The notes under the pieces are model-generated. The model did no database searches and was not told the DNA's origin. It saw nothing but the letters and a program-made list of their open reading frames with translations. From contig JBBRLQ010000022.1 of assembly GCA_038231275.1 (NCBI GenBank), positions 32,001 through 96,000 of the forward strand: a stretch of DNA of 64,000 nt. The letters run 5' to 3'. A program made the translations under genes and the position numbers. This stretch comes from Polyangiales bacterium (GTDB lineage: Bacteria; Myxococcota_A; Polyangia; Polyangiales; Polyangiaceae). Shown piece after piece: positions 44,835 through 57,536 of the stretch. The stretch's first letter is position 1. The number at the start of each line of letters is the position of its first letter.

Positions 44835-46750
44835 ACGGCCTTCGCGCGTGGATTGTCGCGGGGGCGACGGCGCTGGTGGTGGCCTGCGGCGCGGCGAACG
44901 GCGGCGGCGCGCACGGGCAGGCGATCGGCCGACTGGTCATCGTCATCGTGCCGCCCGCCGATCCCCTCCCCTTCGATCCCAGGAGCGTCCGCCTCGCGCA
45001 AGCGGCGCGTGAGCTCGCGGACATCGTCGGCGCGCCCGTGTCGTTCGAGCTCGACGCGGCGCTCCTCCCCGAATACCGCGCGAGCTTCGAAGAGCAGCTG
45101 ATCGCGTCGATCGAAAACGCCGCGCGCGATCTGGCGTCGCTGAAGAAGGACGCGCCGCGCGTCTTCGAGAGGGCGGCGCCTTCGATCGGGACGATCGCGT
45201 GCCGCTACAAGGCCACCGCCGAGCACGCCGATGCGGTGCTGTCGCCCGAAGCGCGAACGTTGACCATCACCGAGCCGCCGGGGAGCCGCGCCCTCGTCGA
45301 GCGCGGGCTCGTGCGCGAGGCGGTCATCGACGAGTTCGAGGCGTTCCTCGACCGGCGCTACCACGACAAGGAGCCCGCGCAGGTCCCGGAGGGCGAGCGC
45401 GCCGCCTATTTCGAGTACCTCACGCGTACGCGCCCTGGTCGCGGCAACCTGATCGATTGGCGCGCGCGCCAATCGCTGCAGGGGATGGAGTCCACGGTCC
45501 GCGAGCTGGAGGCGCACGGCCAGAGCCTCGTCCGGATCGCGGCGCTGGGGGAGCTCCTGGGAAAGTCGGTCGATCCGGTGGCGGTGGCGGTCCGCGCGCA
45601 CCTCGTCGACGAGGCGCGCGACATGGACCTTCGCGAACGCACGGACCACCGCGCGATCCTCGACTTGCCGAAGGACAGCCAGTGGAGGCGCGCAGAGGCG
45701 ACGTACGTGCGATGGCTTTCGACGAACGCGTCCGCCCTCACGGACAGCGAGACGCGGCGCATGGTGGAGGTGATGTTTCCTGCGATGATCGCGTGCCGCG
45801 AGGAGGATGTTCGCGACCCGTGCTGGAGCGAGCCGCCGTCGTTTCCCGGCTTCGATCGCTTCCAGTTCGGTCTCGCCGTCGTCGACGCGTGGCGGAGCGA
45901 GGGTCGGCCGCGCGACGGGATCGGCGACCACTTCGCGATGCTCGACGGCGTCGTCTGCCCGCACCAGACCGCGCCGGACGGAAAGAGGACGCGCAATCGA
46001 AGCTGCGCGAGCTCCTTCTACCACTACGCGATCGCGACGCCGGCCGCGTCCAAGCGCCTCGCGGCTGCGCTCGTGCAGCGCCACGATCCGATGGTGGTCG
46101 ACGAGGTCTTCGCGAACCTCGAACGGGAGCTGCCGGCGCGCGTCATGGCCCTGTGGCGTGCGCTCGAGAACGATCCGCCGGAGTGGCAGGCCGCGTCGCA
46201 CGTCGTCCTCGAGCACCTCCTCAAGGAGGCGCGCTTCGAATCGGCGATCGTCGACGAGGCCAACCGCTTCTGGCAGCGCGGGGCCGAGCGACGCGGCGTC
46301 GCGCTGTTCGCGCTGGGGTGGAAGTATCGAACCACCGATCGGCACTACGCCGATCCACAGATGCTCGACTTCCCGAAGCGCTACGGCGCGCCCGTCAGCG
46401 AGGGCGAGCTGCGGCAGCTCCTCGCGCTCGGGCCGCTCGCGGTGCCGCTCGTCCCCGTCCTCTGGCCTGCTCTCGGAAAAGGGTACGCTCGGATCGACGT
46501 CCTCGCGCCGCGCCTCGACGCGTTCTTCGCCGACCGGGGCGCTTCGAGCGGCGAGCCGAGCAAGACGCTGCACGCCCTGGTCGAACGTCTCTGCGCCGAC
46601 GGTGACGCCGCGGGTCTCGCGCGCCTCCACGCGGTGCTCGTCGCGCGCGTTCAAGCGCACCCCGACGACGCCGCGCCGCTCGGCACGCTCCTCGCGGACA
46701 CGACCCACTGCAAGCCCTCGCCCGCACGCGGGCGCAGCGGATTTCTCTAG
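44831..46750 (+). CDS. Hypothetical lipoprotein, tandem paralog
   Basis: GTGA overlap with the previous stop, lipobox VVAC, the same conserved blocks. Confidence 0.78.
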   Translation: MNGLRAWIVAGATALVVACGAANGGGAHGQAIGRLVIVIVPPADPLPFDPRSVRLAQAARELADIVGAPVSFELDAALLPEYRASFEEQLIASIENAARDLASLKKDAPRVFERAAPSIGTIACRYKATAEHADAVLSPEARTLTITEPPGSRALVERGLVREAVIDEFEAFLDRRYHDKEPAQVPEGERAAYFEYLTRTRPGRGNLIDWRARQSLQGMESTVRELEAHGQSLVRIAALGELLGKSVDPVAVAVRAHLVDEARDMDLRERTDHRAILDLPKDSQWRRAEATYVRWLSTNASALTDSETRRMVEVMFPAMIACREEDVRDPCWSEPPSFPGFDRFQFGLAVVDAWRSEGRPRDGIGDHFAMLDGVVCPHQTAPDGKRTRNRSCASSFYHYAIATPAASKRLAAALVQRHDPMVVDEVFANLERELPARVMALWRALENDPPEWQAASHVVLEHLLKEARFESAIVDEANRFWQRGAERRGVALFALGWKYRTTDRHYADPQMLDFPKRYGAPVSEGELRQLLALGPLAVPLVPVLWPALGKGYARIDVLAPRLDAFFADRGASSGEPSKTLHALVERLCADGDAAGLARLHAVLVARVQAHPDDAAPLGTLLADTTHCKPSPARGRSGFL

Positions 46751-46771
46751 GGCGTACGAAATCGGCTTATT

Positions 46772-47566
46772 TCAAGCGCGAAACGGGAGCTCGAGCTGGC
46801 CACGCGCCTGGATGCGGAAGGCGGCGGGCACGCAGTGACCAAGGACCGTCAGCTCCATGCCACGCGCCCGCGGTCGGATCGCGGCGAGCGCGCGCTCGGG
46901 TGTGTTGTTGGTGCGCGACATGTGGCCGAGGAGGAGGCGCTTCATGCGGCTGCCGACGAGGCGCTCGGCGATGTCGGCGGTCTCGTGGTTGCCGAGGTGA
47001 CCGAGGCCGCCGCTCACGCGCTTCTTCAGGCGCGGCGGGTACGGGCCCATCTCGAGGAGCTCGCGGCAGTGGTTGGCCTCGAGGAGCGCGGCGTCGCACC
47101 CGCTGAAGAGGCGCACCAGCTCGCGCGTGGGCGCGCCTACGTCGGTCGCGATGCCGAAGCTCGCCCCGCCGGGACCGCTCGCGGTGACGCGCAGCGCGAC
47201 CTGCGGTGCGTCGTGCGGGACGGAGACCGCGTCGACGTGCATGCCGCCGACCGCGAACGTGCGACCCGGCTCGTACGCGCGCACCTCGAAGCGCGCGCGC
47301 ACACGCTTCGCCTCGATGCCGGGGTGGAGGAACGCCGGGCACCGGAACGCGCGCAGGAGCGACTCGAGGTGACCGATGTGGTCGCCGTGCTGATGCGTGA
47401 TGACGATCGCGTCGAGCGCGCGCGTCCCCAAGTGGAGACCGAGCGACTCGAGCCTCCGCGCCGACGAGCGCGGCCCGAATCCCGCGTCGACGAGCACACG
47501 CGTTCCGCCGGCCTCGATGAGCGTCGAGTTTCCCTCCGAGCCGCTGCCGAGGACGAAGACGCGCAC
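46772..47566 (-). CDS. MBL-fold metallo-hydrolase (YycJ/WalJ-like)
   Basis: LGSGSEGN, DAG, THQHGDH, HDA, TDVG, EANH, GHL.N, HMSRTNN. Confidence 0.88.
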   Translation of the reverse strand: MRVFVLGSGSEGNSTLIEAGGTRVLVDAGFGPRSSARRLESLGLHLGTRALDAIVITHQHGDHIGHLESLLRAFRCPAFLHPGIEAKRVRARFEVRAYEPGRTFAVGGMHVDAVSVPHDAPQVALRVTASGPGGASFGIATDVGAPTRELVRLFSGCDAALLEANHCRELLEMGPYPPRLKKRVSGGLGHLGNHETADIAERLVGSRMKRLLLGHMSRTNNTPERALAAIRPRARGMELTVLGHCVPAAFRIQARGQLELPFRA

Positions 47567-47631
47567 GGTCCCGACCTTAGTCCGGAGGACATGCCTTCGC
47601 TGCTCGAAAACGCACCGATTCGCAGTAGAGT

Positions 47632-49611
47632 ATGGTGCTCGACGCCATGGCGCTCCCGACCTCCTGCCCCAAATGCAGCACGCCCCTCGCGGACCAGGCG
47701 AAGTTCTGCGGCAAGTGCGGGGCGGTGACCGAAGACACGTCGATGCGAACGCTCATGGAGTTCGCGGCGCCGCCGAGCGTTCGCGCGCTCGCCCCGGTCG
47801 GAACGGAACCTACGCAGCCCGACGTCCCCGCGCACAAGCCCGCGGAGGACGGCAAGCTGAAGCAGACGATGCTCGGTTTCTCGGCGATGGAGGTCGTGAA
47901 GGCGAGCAGCCCGAAGGCGACGCAGGCGATGGCGCAGACTCCCGCCCCTCCCGCAGCGGCACCCCCCGCGCAGCCTCACGGCCCCGCGCCAATGCCCGCC
48001 CCCGCGCAGGCACGTGTTCCGATCGGCGGAACCATGCTCGGCATCGCCGCACCTCCCAACCTGATGGGCTCGCCTGGGCAAGCGACCGCGCAGCCGCAGC
48101 AGCACCCTCAGCAGGCGGCGACGCAGGGTCGCGCGCCGATCGGCGGAACGATGCTCGGCGTCGCCATGCCCGGGATCGCTCCGACGGCGGCCGGACAGGC
48201 GCCGCCGCAGACCGGACCGCGCGTCGGGAGCACGATGCTCGGCGTCGCGATGCCGGGGATCGCGCCCACGCACGGCCAGGCGCCGGGACGCGGGTCACAG
48301 CCGAGGCAACGCGCCGTCGGCGCTCCGGTTCCGCTCGGTCCGATCGTGCCGGCCCCCGCGCCGCTAATCGACGACGAGCCGCAAATCGCCGCTCCGATGC
48401 GCGGCGCGCGGGGTGGCGTGCCGATGTCCGCCGTCGCCGCGGGCCTGGCGGGCGTCCTCCTCCTCGCTGGCATCCTCGTCGCGATCTTGTGGAAGGGGGC
48501 GCCGCCAATCGTCGCGCGCCCGACGCTCGACGCGCAGGGGCACGAGGCGCTGCACCTGGTCTGCGAAGGATGCCCCGACGGGACGCGCGTCGAGCTCGCC
48601 AGCAACAAGACCGAGCTGAAGGATCACCAGGGAGATCTCCTCCTCGCAACGCCCCTCGTCATCGGAGACAACCCGTTGTCGCTCCAGGTCGTGCGTCCCG
48701 GCATGGGCCGCAACGAGGCCGTGAAGATCGTGGTGCCCGTTTCGTTCCGCATCCACGCCGACATGACCACCCTGAGCGCGAAGCCGCCGGTCATCACCAT
48801 TCGCGTGGAGGCGCTTTCGTCGTCGAAGGTGGAGCTCGACGGCAAGGCCGTGACGCTCGACGCAGAAGGACACGCGGCCGTACCGATCGACGTGACCGCG
48901 GAGACGACCGGCCCGAGCGTGGAGACGCGCCGCATCGACAAGAAGATCGCGTACGTCGTCACGCACAAGGACGGCCAGGCGACCAAGGGCACGTTGCCAG
49001 CGGCGGTCGGGATCGCGCCGCTCCAGCTGGACGCACCGACGTCGCACGCCGTCACCGATCGCAAGACGGTCATCGTCGCGGGCCAAACGGGGCCCGGTGA
49101 CTCGGTCAAGGTGAACGGCGAGGCGGTCGCGCTCGACGCGGCGGGTACCTTCAACAAGACGCTCTCCTTCGGCGCGGGAGACCTCGCGGTCGACGTCGAG
49201 GCGAGCGGGCCGCAGCTCGCGCCGCGCACCGTGCACGCCACCGTCCGGCACGTCGACAACCTCGACGCAGAGGCGAAGGCGGCGGAGACGTTGCCCCTCG
49301 CCTCCTACGACGCGGTGAAGGACGACATCGCGGGCAACGCCGGCAAGGCGATCGTGATCGAGGGAGAGATCGTGGATACGCGCTTCGCCGGCCATCAGAC
49401 GATCCTCGTCGTCACCGATCACCGCGGCTGCGCCGGCAAAGCGGATCCCAACGCGTGCCTCGCGCGCGTGCTCTTCGGCGGCGAGGACAAGCGCAAGAAG
49501 GGGGAGCTCGTCCGCGTCTTCGGGCGCGTCACCCGCGCGGTGCCGGCGCAGAACGGGCGCAGCGTGCCGGAGATCGAGGCGGACTTCCTCGCCAAGGCGA
49601 AGGGCCGTTGA
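47632..49611 (+). CDS. Zinc-ribbon membrane protein with a Pro-rich TMLG-repeat linker, TM and extracytoplasmic beta domains
   Basis: CPKC...FCGKCG; repeated GGTMLGVAMPGIAPT; TM AVAAGLAGVLLLAGILVAILW; C-terminal beta-rich (Ig/OB-like) region. Confidence 0.8.
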   Translation: MVLDAMALPTSCPKCSTPLADQAKFCGKCGAVTEDTSMRTLMEFAAPPSVRALAPVGTEPTQPDVPAHKPAEDGKLKQTMLGFSAMEVVKASSPKATQAMAQTPAPPAAAPPAQPHGPAPMPAPAQARVPIGGTMLGIAAPPNLMGSPGQATAQPQQHPQQAATQGRAPIGGTMLGVAMPGIAPTAAGQAPPQTGPRVGSTMLGVAMPGIAPTHGQAPGRGSQPRQRAVGAPVPLGPIVPAPAPLIDDEPQIAAPMRGARGGVPMSAVAAGLAGVLLLAGILVAILWKGAPPIVARPTLDAQGHEALHLVCEGCPDGTRVELASNKTELKDHQGDLLLATPLVIGDNPLSLQVVRPGMGRNEAVKIVVPVSFRIHADMTTLSAKPPVITIRVEALSSSKVELDGKAVTLDAEGHAAVPIDVTAETTGPSVETRRIDKKIAYVVTHKDGQATKGTLPAAVGIAPLQLDAPTSHAVTDRKTVIVAGQTGPGDSVKVNGEAVALDAAGTFNKTLSFGAGDLAVDVEASGPQLAPRTVHATVRHVDNLDAEAKAAETLPLASYDAVKDDIAGNAGKAIVIEGEIVDTRFAGHQTILVVTDHRGCAGKADPNACLARVLFGGEDKRKKGELVRVFGRVTRAVPAQNGRSVPEIEADFLAKAKGR

Positions 49612-50906
49612 GGCTCCGCGCGCGCGCCGTCGCGATCGCGTGCGGTGCCCTCGTCGTCGCCGCGGTCGGCGGCGCGACCCACGTGCACGCGCAGCGCGTC
49701 GACCCGAAGCGCGCGACGACGCTGACGGTGGGAACACCGCGCGGGAGCGCGCCCGCGGCGCGGGTCGACGGCAGGCGCACGGGGTTTTCGCGAACGGCGC
49801 TTCCAACGGGCACGCTGCGGGTCGCGTGGCAAAAGACGACCGGCGCGAGCCTCGAAGGTGCGCCGCTCGTCGACGCGCGCGGCGACGTCTTGATCGCGAC
49901 GGGTCGCGGCGAGGTGCTCGCGCTCGATCCCGACGACGGCATCGAGCGGCCGCACGCGGGCGTCATCGGCGCGGCGCCGCTCGGCGCGATGGCGCTCTTG
50001 TCGGATCGCACGGTGGTCTTCGCGACCGCAGCGGGCGACGCGCTCGGCTCGCGCGACGGCGTCTTTCGTTTTCGCACGCGCGTCGGCGACGGGCGCGTCG
50101 TGACCGAGCGCTCCGGCGCGCTGGCGCTCGATGACGGAGGCGTGGCCGTCGCGACGGGCACCGAGCTCGCGACGCTCGACGCCGAGGGGCACGTCCGCGC
50201 GCGCGCGTCGCTGGAGGAGCCGGTGAGCGTGCCGCTCATCGCGACGCCCGGGAAAATTGCGGCGATTACGAGCACCGGCAAGGTGTTCCTCTGGGCGCCG
50301 GGCCGCGAGCCAGTGCGCGCGGGGAGCTTCGGCGGCGTCGTCGACGGGGGCGCGGTGCTCGCCGACGATCACACGCTCCTCGCGATCGTCTCCGGCCAGC
50401 AGCTCGTCGAGCTCGATCTCGACCGGGGGGTCGCGGCGGCGCGAATCGGCGCGGCCGGGCTCCTCCTCGGTCCGCCCGCGGTCCGCGGTGACACCGCCTA
50501 CGTCCTCGCGTCCCTCCCCGGCCGCACCTTCGCCCTCGCCATCGACGGGAGCGGCCAAGAGATCGCGCGCGTCGCGGTGGTGACCACGCCAGCTCCAGTC
50601 TTGCCTGACGGAGGCGCCGCGGCGGTCGTGGTGGCGCCCCACACGGGTCCCCTCGTCGACGCCGCCGGCACCCTCGCCTTCGCGACGCCGGAGGGGCGCA
50701 TCGGCGTGCTCACCAAAGACGGCGCCCTCGATCTCCTGGGCGACACGTTCTGCCTCCGCGCAGCCGGCCTCCAAGGGCGCGGGCCCACTCCCCCACCCCC
50801 GACCGCCGCCTACGCGGGGATGGCTCCGGCAGGCCCCAACGCGTTCGTCGTTGCCTGCGAGACGGGCGTCGTGGTCAAAGTGACCCGCGCGCACGCCGGC
50901 GACTGA
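49608..50906 (+). CDS. Secreted PQQ-like beta-propeller repeat protein
   Basis: TTG start overlaps the upstream stop; signal peptide; RRTG..., AW...., PLVDARGDV...GEVLALDP repeats. Confidence 0.7.
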   Translation: MRLRARAVAIACGALVVAAVGGATHVHAQRVDPKRATTLTVGTPRGSAPAARVDGRRTGFSRTALPTGTLRVAWQKTTGASLEGAPLVDARGDVLIATGRGEVLALDPDDGIERPHAGVIGAAPLGAMALLSDRTVVFATAAGDALGSRDGVFRFRTRVGDGRVVTERSGALALDDGGVAVATGTELATLDAEGHVRARASLEEPVSVPLIATPGKIAAITSTGKVFLWAPGREPVRAGSFGGVVDGGAVLADDHTLLAIVSGQQLVELDLDRGVAAARIGAAGLLLGPPAVRGDTAYVLASLPGRTFALAIDGSGQEIARVAVVTTPAPVLPDGGAAAVVVAPHTGPLVDAAGTLAFATPEGRIGVLTKDGALDLLGDTFCLRAAGLQGRGPTPPPPTAAYAGMAPAGPNAFVVACETGVVVKVTRAHAGD

Positions 50907-50971
50907 TCGGCCGAGGTCCCCGAGACAACTGGCGGATCGGGCCGCGCGGCACTATAGTCCTCGTTGAAGCC

Positions 50972-51295
50972 ATGATCACGATCACCGAAAAAGCCGCCAG
51001 CAAGGTCAAAGAAATTTCCGAGTCCGAGGCGCTCGGAGGCCAGGGGCTCCGCCTTCGTGTGGTCGGCGGCGGCTGCGCCGGGTTCTCGTACGACCTCTAC
51101 TTCGAGGACAAGGTCGACGAGATGGATGAGGAGTACGAGTCGAACGGCGTGAAGCTGTACGTCGACCCCCTTAGCCACCAGTACCTGGAAGAGACGGAGA
51201 TCGACTACGTCGAGGGCGCGCACGGCTCGGGCTTCAAGTTCAACAACCCGAACGTGAAGGGCAGCTGCGGCTGCGGCTCATCCGTAAGCTTCTGA
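50972..51295 (+). CDS. A-type Fe-S carrier (ErpA/IscA/HesB family)
   Basis: GGGCAGFSY, IDY, GFKFNNPN, CGCGSS. Confidence 0.93.
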   Translation: MITITEKAASKVKEISESEALGGQGLRLRVVGGGCAGFSYDLYFEDKVDEMDEEYESNGVKLYVDPLSHQYLEETEIDYVEGAHGSGFKFNNPNVKGSCGCGSSVSF

Positions 51296-51376
51296 GCCGC
51301 TTCTGACGGCCTCGGGCTACGCGACTTAAGACACCGAACCACGCGGTCCGGCATCGGAGGTTCTACGGAGCCTACG

Positions 51377-52324
51377 ATGAAGAGCGTTGAGCACGATTCG
51401 GTGGCGCAGTACCTCGCCGAAGTGGATAAAATCCCGGTGCTTTCGCGGGAGGACGAGCACGAGCTCGCCGTTCGCGCGAAGACTGAACCGGCGGCCGCCT
51501 CGGCCCTGGCGCGCGCGAACTTGCGCTACGTCATTGCGATCGCGCTGAGCTACCGCCGGTATGGGGTGCGCGTCGGTGATCTGGTGTCGGAGGGCAACGT
51601 CGGGCTCATGATCGCCCTGCGGAAGTTCGATCCGTCGCGCGGCACGCGCTTCGTCACGTACGCCGCGCACTGGATCCGCGCGATGATCCTGGACCACGTC
51701 ATCAAGAACCACAGCCTCGTGGGCCTCGGCTCGGGACCGATGCGGTCGAAGGTGTTCTTCCGCCTCCGCCGTGAGCGCGCGAAGGTCGCGGCCGCGACGA
51801 ACGATCACGAGGAAGCGTCGCGCATGCTCGCGGCGCGATTCGGAACCACGCCCGAGAAGATCGAGCTGATGTCGGCGCGCCTGGAGTCGCGTGACGTCTC
51901 GATGGACGTGACGACGCGCGAGGACGGCACCGTGACCCTCCTCGACTCGATGGCGTCCCCCTTGCCGTCGCAAGAGGACCAGCTGGCCGAGCGCGAATAT
52001 TCCCAGCGCGCGACGGTGCGCGTGCGCTCGGCGATCGCCGAGCTCGACCCGCGGGAGCGAATCATCATCGAGCTTCGTATGATGGCCGACGATCCGGAGG
52101 AGCTCAGCTTGGCGGAGCTCGGACGCAAGCTCGGTGTCTCCCGTGAGCGCGCGCGCCAGCTCGAGGCCCGCGCCAAGACCAAGCTCCAGCGCCTGCTCAC
52201 CGATGACTTCGGTCCCGCCCCCGCCGCGACCTCCACCGTCATCGAGGCCATCGCGCCGGCGCACGAGCTCGTGGCGGCGCCCGACTCGCACGCCACCCTG
52301 CCCCTCGCGAGCGAAGCGGCGTGA
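51377..52324 (+). CDS. RNA polymerase sigma factor, sigma32/RpoH-like
   Basis: ANLRYV, DLVSEGNVGLM, KFDP.RG.RF.TYA.HWIRA, divergent RpoH box SKVFFRLR, LGVSRERARQLE. Confidence 0.88.
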   Translation: MKSVEHDSVAQYLAEVDKIPVLSREDEHELAVRAKTEPAAASALARANLRYVIAIALSYRRYGVRVGDLVSEGNVGLMIALRKFDPSRGTRFVTYAAHWIRAMILDHVIKNHSLVGLGSGPMRSKVFFRLRRERAKVAAATNDHEEASRMLAARFGTTPEKIELMSARLESRDVSMDVTTREDGTVTLLDSMASPLPSQEDQLAEREYSQRATVRVRSAIAELDPRERIIIELRMMADDPEELSLAELGRKLGVSRERARQLEARAKTKLQRLLTDDFGPAPAATSTVIEAIAPAHELVAAPDSHATLPLASEAA

Positions 52325-52325
52325 G

Positions 52326-52360
52326 TTGACACCATCGGTCTATCGCGATAGACCGATGGT
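52326..52360 (+). promoter_or_regulatory. sigma70-type promoter with a perfect 30-bp palindromic operator directly before the sahR-like ATG
   Basis: TTGACA (52326-52331), 17 nt, TAGACC (52349-52354). ACCATCGGTCTATCGCGATAGACCGATGGT (52331-52360) is its own reverse complement. Confidence 0.8.
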
Positions 52361-53301
52361 ATGGCGAGCCTCACGGCCACGGTCACGACGCTTCAGCTCC
52401 TGGGGGAGCCGACGCGCGTGCGCCTCATGGCGCTCCTCGCGCGCGAAGAGCTGACCGTCGCAGAGCTCGTCGCGATCACCGACGTCGGTCAGTCGAGCGT
52501 GTCGACGCACCTCGGGCGCCTTCGCGAGGCGGGTGTGCTGCGCGATCGCAAGGCGGGCGCGTCGACGTTCTACGCCCTGAATGAGGTGGCGATGCCCACC
52601 GACGCGCGCCGCCTCTGGACGCTCCTCCACGCCGAGCTCGCCGACGGGGTCCTCGACGCCGACCGCGCGCGCATGGACAAGGTGCTCGCGACGAGGCGCG
52701 CGGCGTCCTGGCCCGACGCGTTCGCCGGCGAGATGGAGCGGCACTACTCGCCCGGTCGCACCTGGGAGGCGATGGCGCGCGGTCTCCTCGGCCTCCTCCG
52801 CCTCGGCGACGCGCTCGACGCCGGCAGCGGGGACGGCACGGTCGCGCAGATGCTCGCCCCGCGCGCGCGCTCGATCACGTGCCTCGACAAGAGCGAGCGG
52901 ATGATCGACGCCGCCAAGGCGCGCCTCACCAAGGCCAAGAACGTGTCGTTCGAGATTGGCGACGTCGCGGCCCTTCCCTTCGCGGCGCGCTCGTTCGACG
53001 AGGTCCTCCTCTTCAACGTGCTTCCGCAAGTGGACGCGCCCGCGAAGGTGCTCTCCGAAGCCGCGCGCGTGCTGCGCCCCGGAGGCCTCGTCGTCGTGAG
53101 CGCGCTCGCCGCCCACGCGCACCCGCACGTGACCGCGCCCTACGGCGACGTGCAGCCGGGAATCGCCCCCTCCGCGCTGAAGACCCTCCTCAAGAAGGCG
53201 GGCTTCTCCGTCGACCACTGCGACGTCACCAGCCGCGAGAAGCGCGCACCGAATTTCGAGATCGTCACCGCGTTCGCACGCCTCCCCGAAGGACTTTCAT
53301 C

Positions 53302-53305
<4 letters not shown>
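52361..53305 (+). CDS. ArsR-HTH + SAM-binding (methyltransferase-fold) regulator, SahR/SamR-like
   Basis: EPTRVRLM...ELTVAEL...[30 protein letters not shown]; overlaps the metH start (ATGA). Confidence 0.88.
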
Positions 53306-56970
<3,665 letters not shown>

Positions 56971-57000
56971 GAAGGCCCGCGCGCACGCCTTCGCGTACAC

Positions 57001-57034
57001 AAAAGCCGAACGCCCACGCTTTGGGGCGTGGGCG
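57001..57034 (-). terminator. Hairpin at the convergent metH/rnpB junction, probable rnpB intrinsic terminator
   Basis: 9-bp stem CGCCCACGC/GCGTGGGCG with a 6-nt loop, followed on the minus strand by TTCGGCTTTT. Confidence 0.55.
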
Positions 57035-57038
57035 CGCG

Positions 57039-57461
57039 GGTCGACGTCGTTCGTAAGCCGAGTTCTGTTCCGCCGGCGCGTCTCCTTGCCGGCGGTGACG
57101 ATCATTCCTCTAGGACGCGCGTTACCGCGCGCCTCGAGCAGCCAACCCGCAGGCTCGGGCGAGTCACCCTTTCCGCAGACCTTGCGGTCCACGGGCACCT
57201 GCCTATGCGGCCTTGCTCCTGGTGGGGTTTACCTAGCCACGGACGTTACCGCCCGCGCGGTGGGCTCTTACCCCTCCGTTTCACCCTTACCGCCCGCGGT
57301 TCGCTTTCGCGTCCCGAGGGAGGCGGTCTGTTTTCTGTTGCACTCTCCTCGGCGTTTCCGCCACCGGGCGTTACCCGGCACCTCACTCTGTGGAGCTCGG
57401 ACTTTCCTCTCGCCGAGCGGCTTTCACCGCGCGGCCAGCGATCGTCTGAGCGGCGTCGACC
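57039..57461 (-). ncRNA. rnpB: RNase P RNA (bacterial type A)
   Basis: The minus strand reads GAGGAAAGTCCGAGCT...AGTGCAACAGAAA...GTGAAACGG..GGGTAAGAGCCCAC...GAGCAAG...AGAGGAATGAT...ACAGAACTCGGCTTAC. Terminal P1 pairing GGTCGACG/CGTCGACC. Confidence 0.96.
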
Positions 57462-57536
57462 GGCCCAGTTTGAGCATCCGCGGCGCTCGGCGCAAGCCTC
57501 GTCGACTCGCGTTCCGTAAACGGGCAGAATCGATGA

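Noticed and set aside
52325..52360. SAM or cobalamin riboswitch upstream of the metH operon
   Set aside because: The spacer is only 36 nt and is fully explained by the promoter and palindrome.
57028..57519. ORFs overlapping 57.0-57.5 kb
   Set aside because: The region is RNase P RNA on the minus strand, so these ORFs are spurious.
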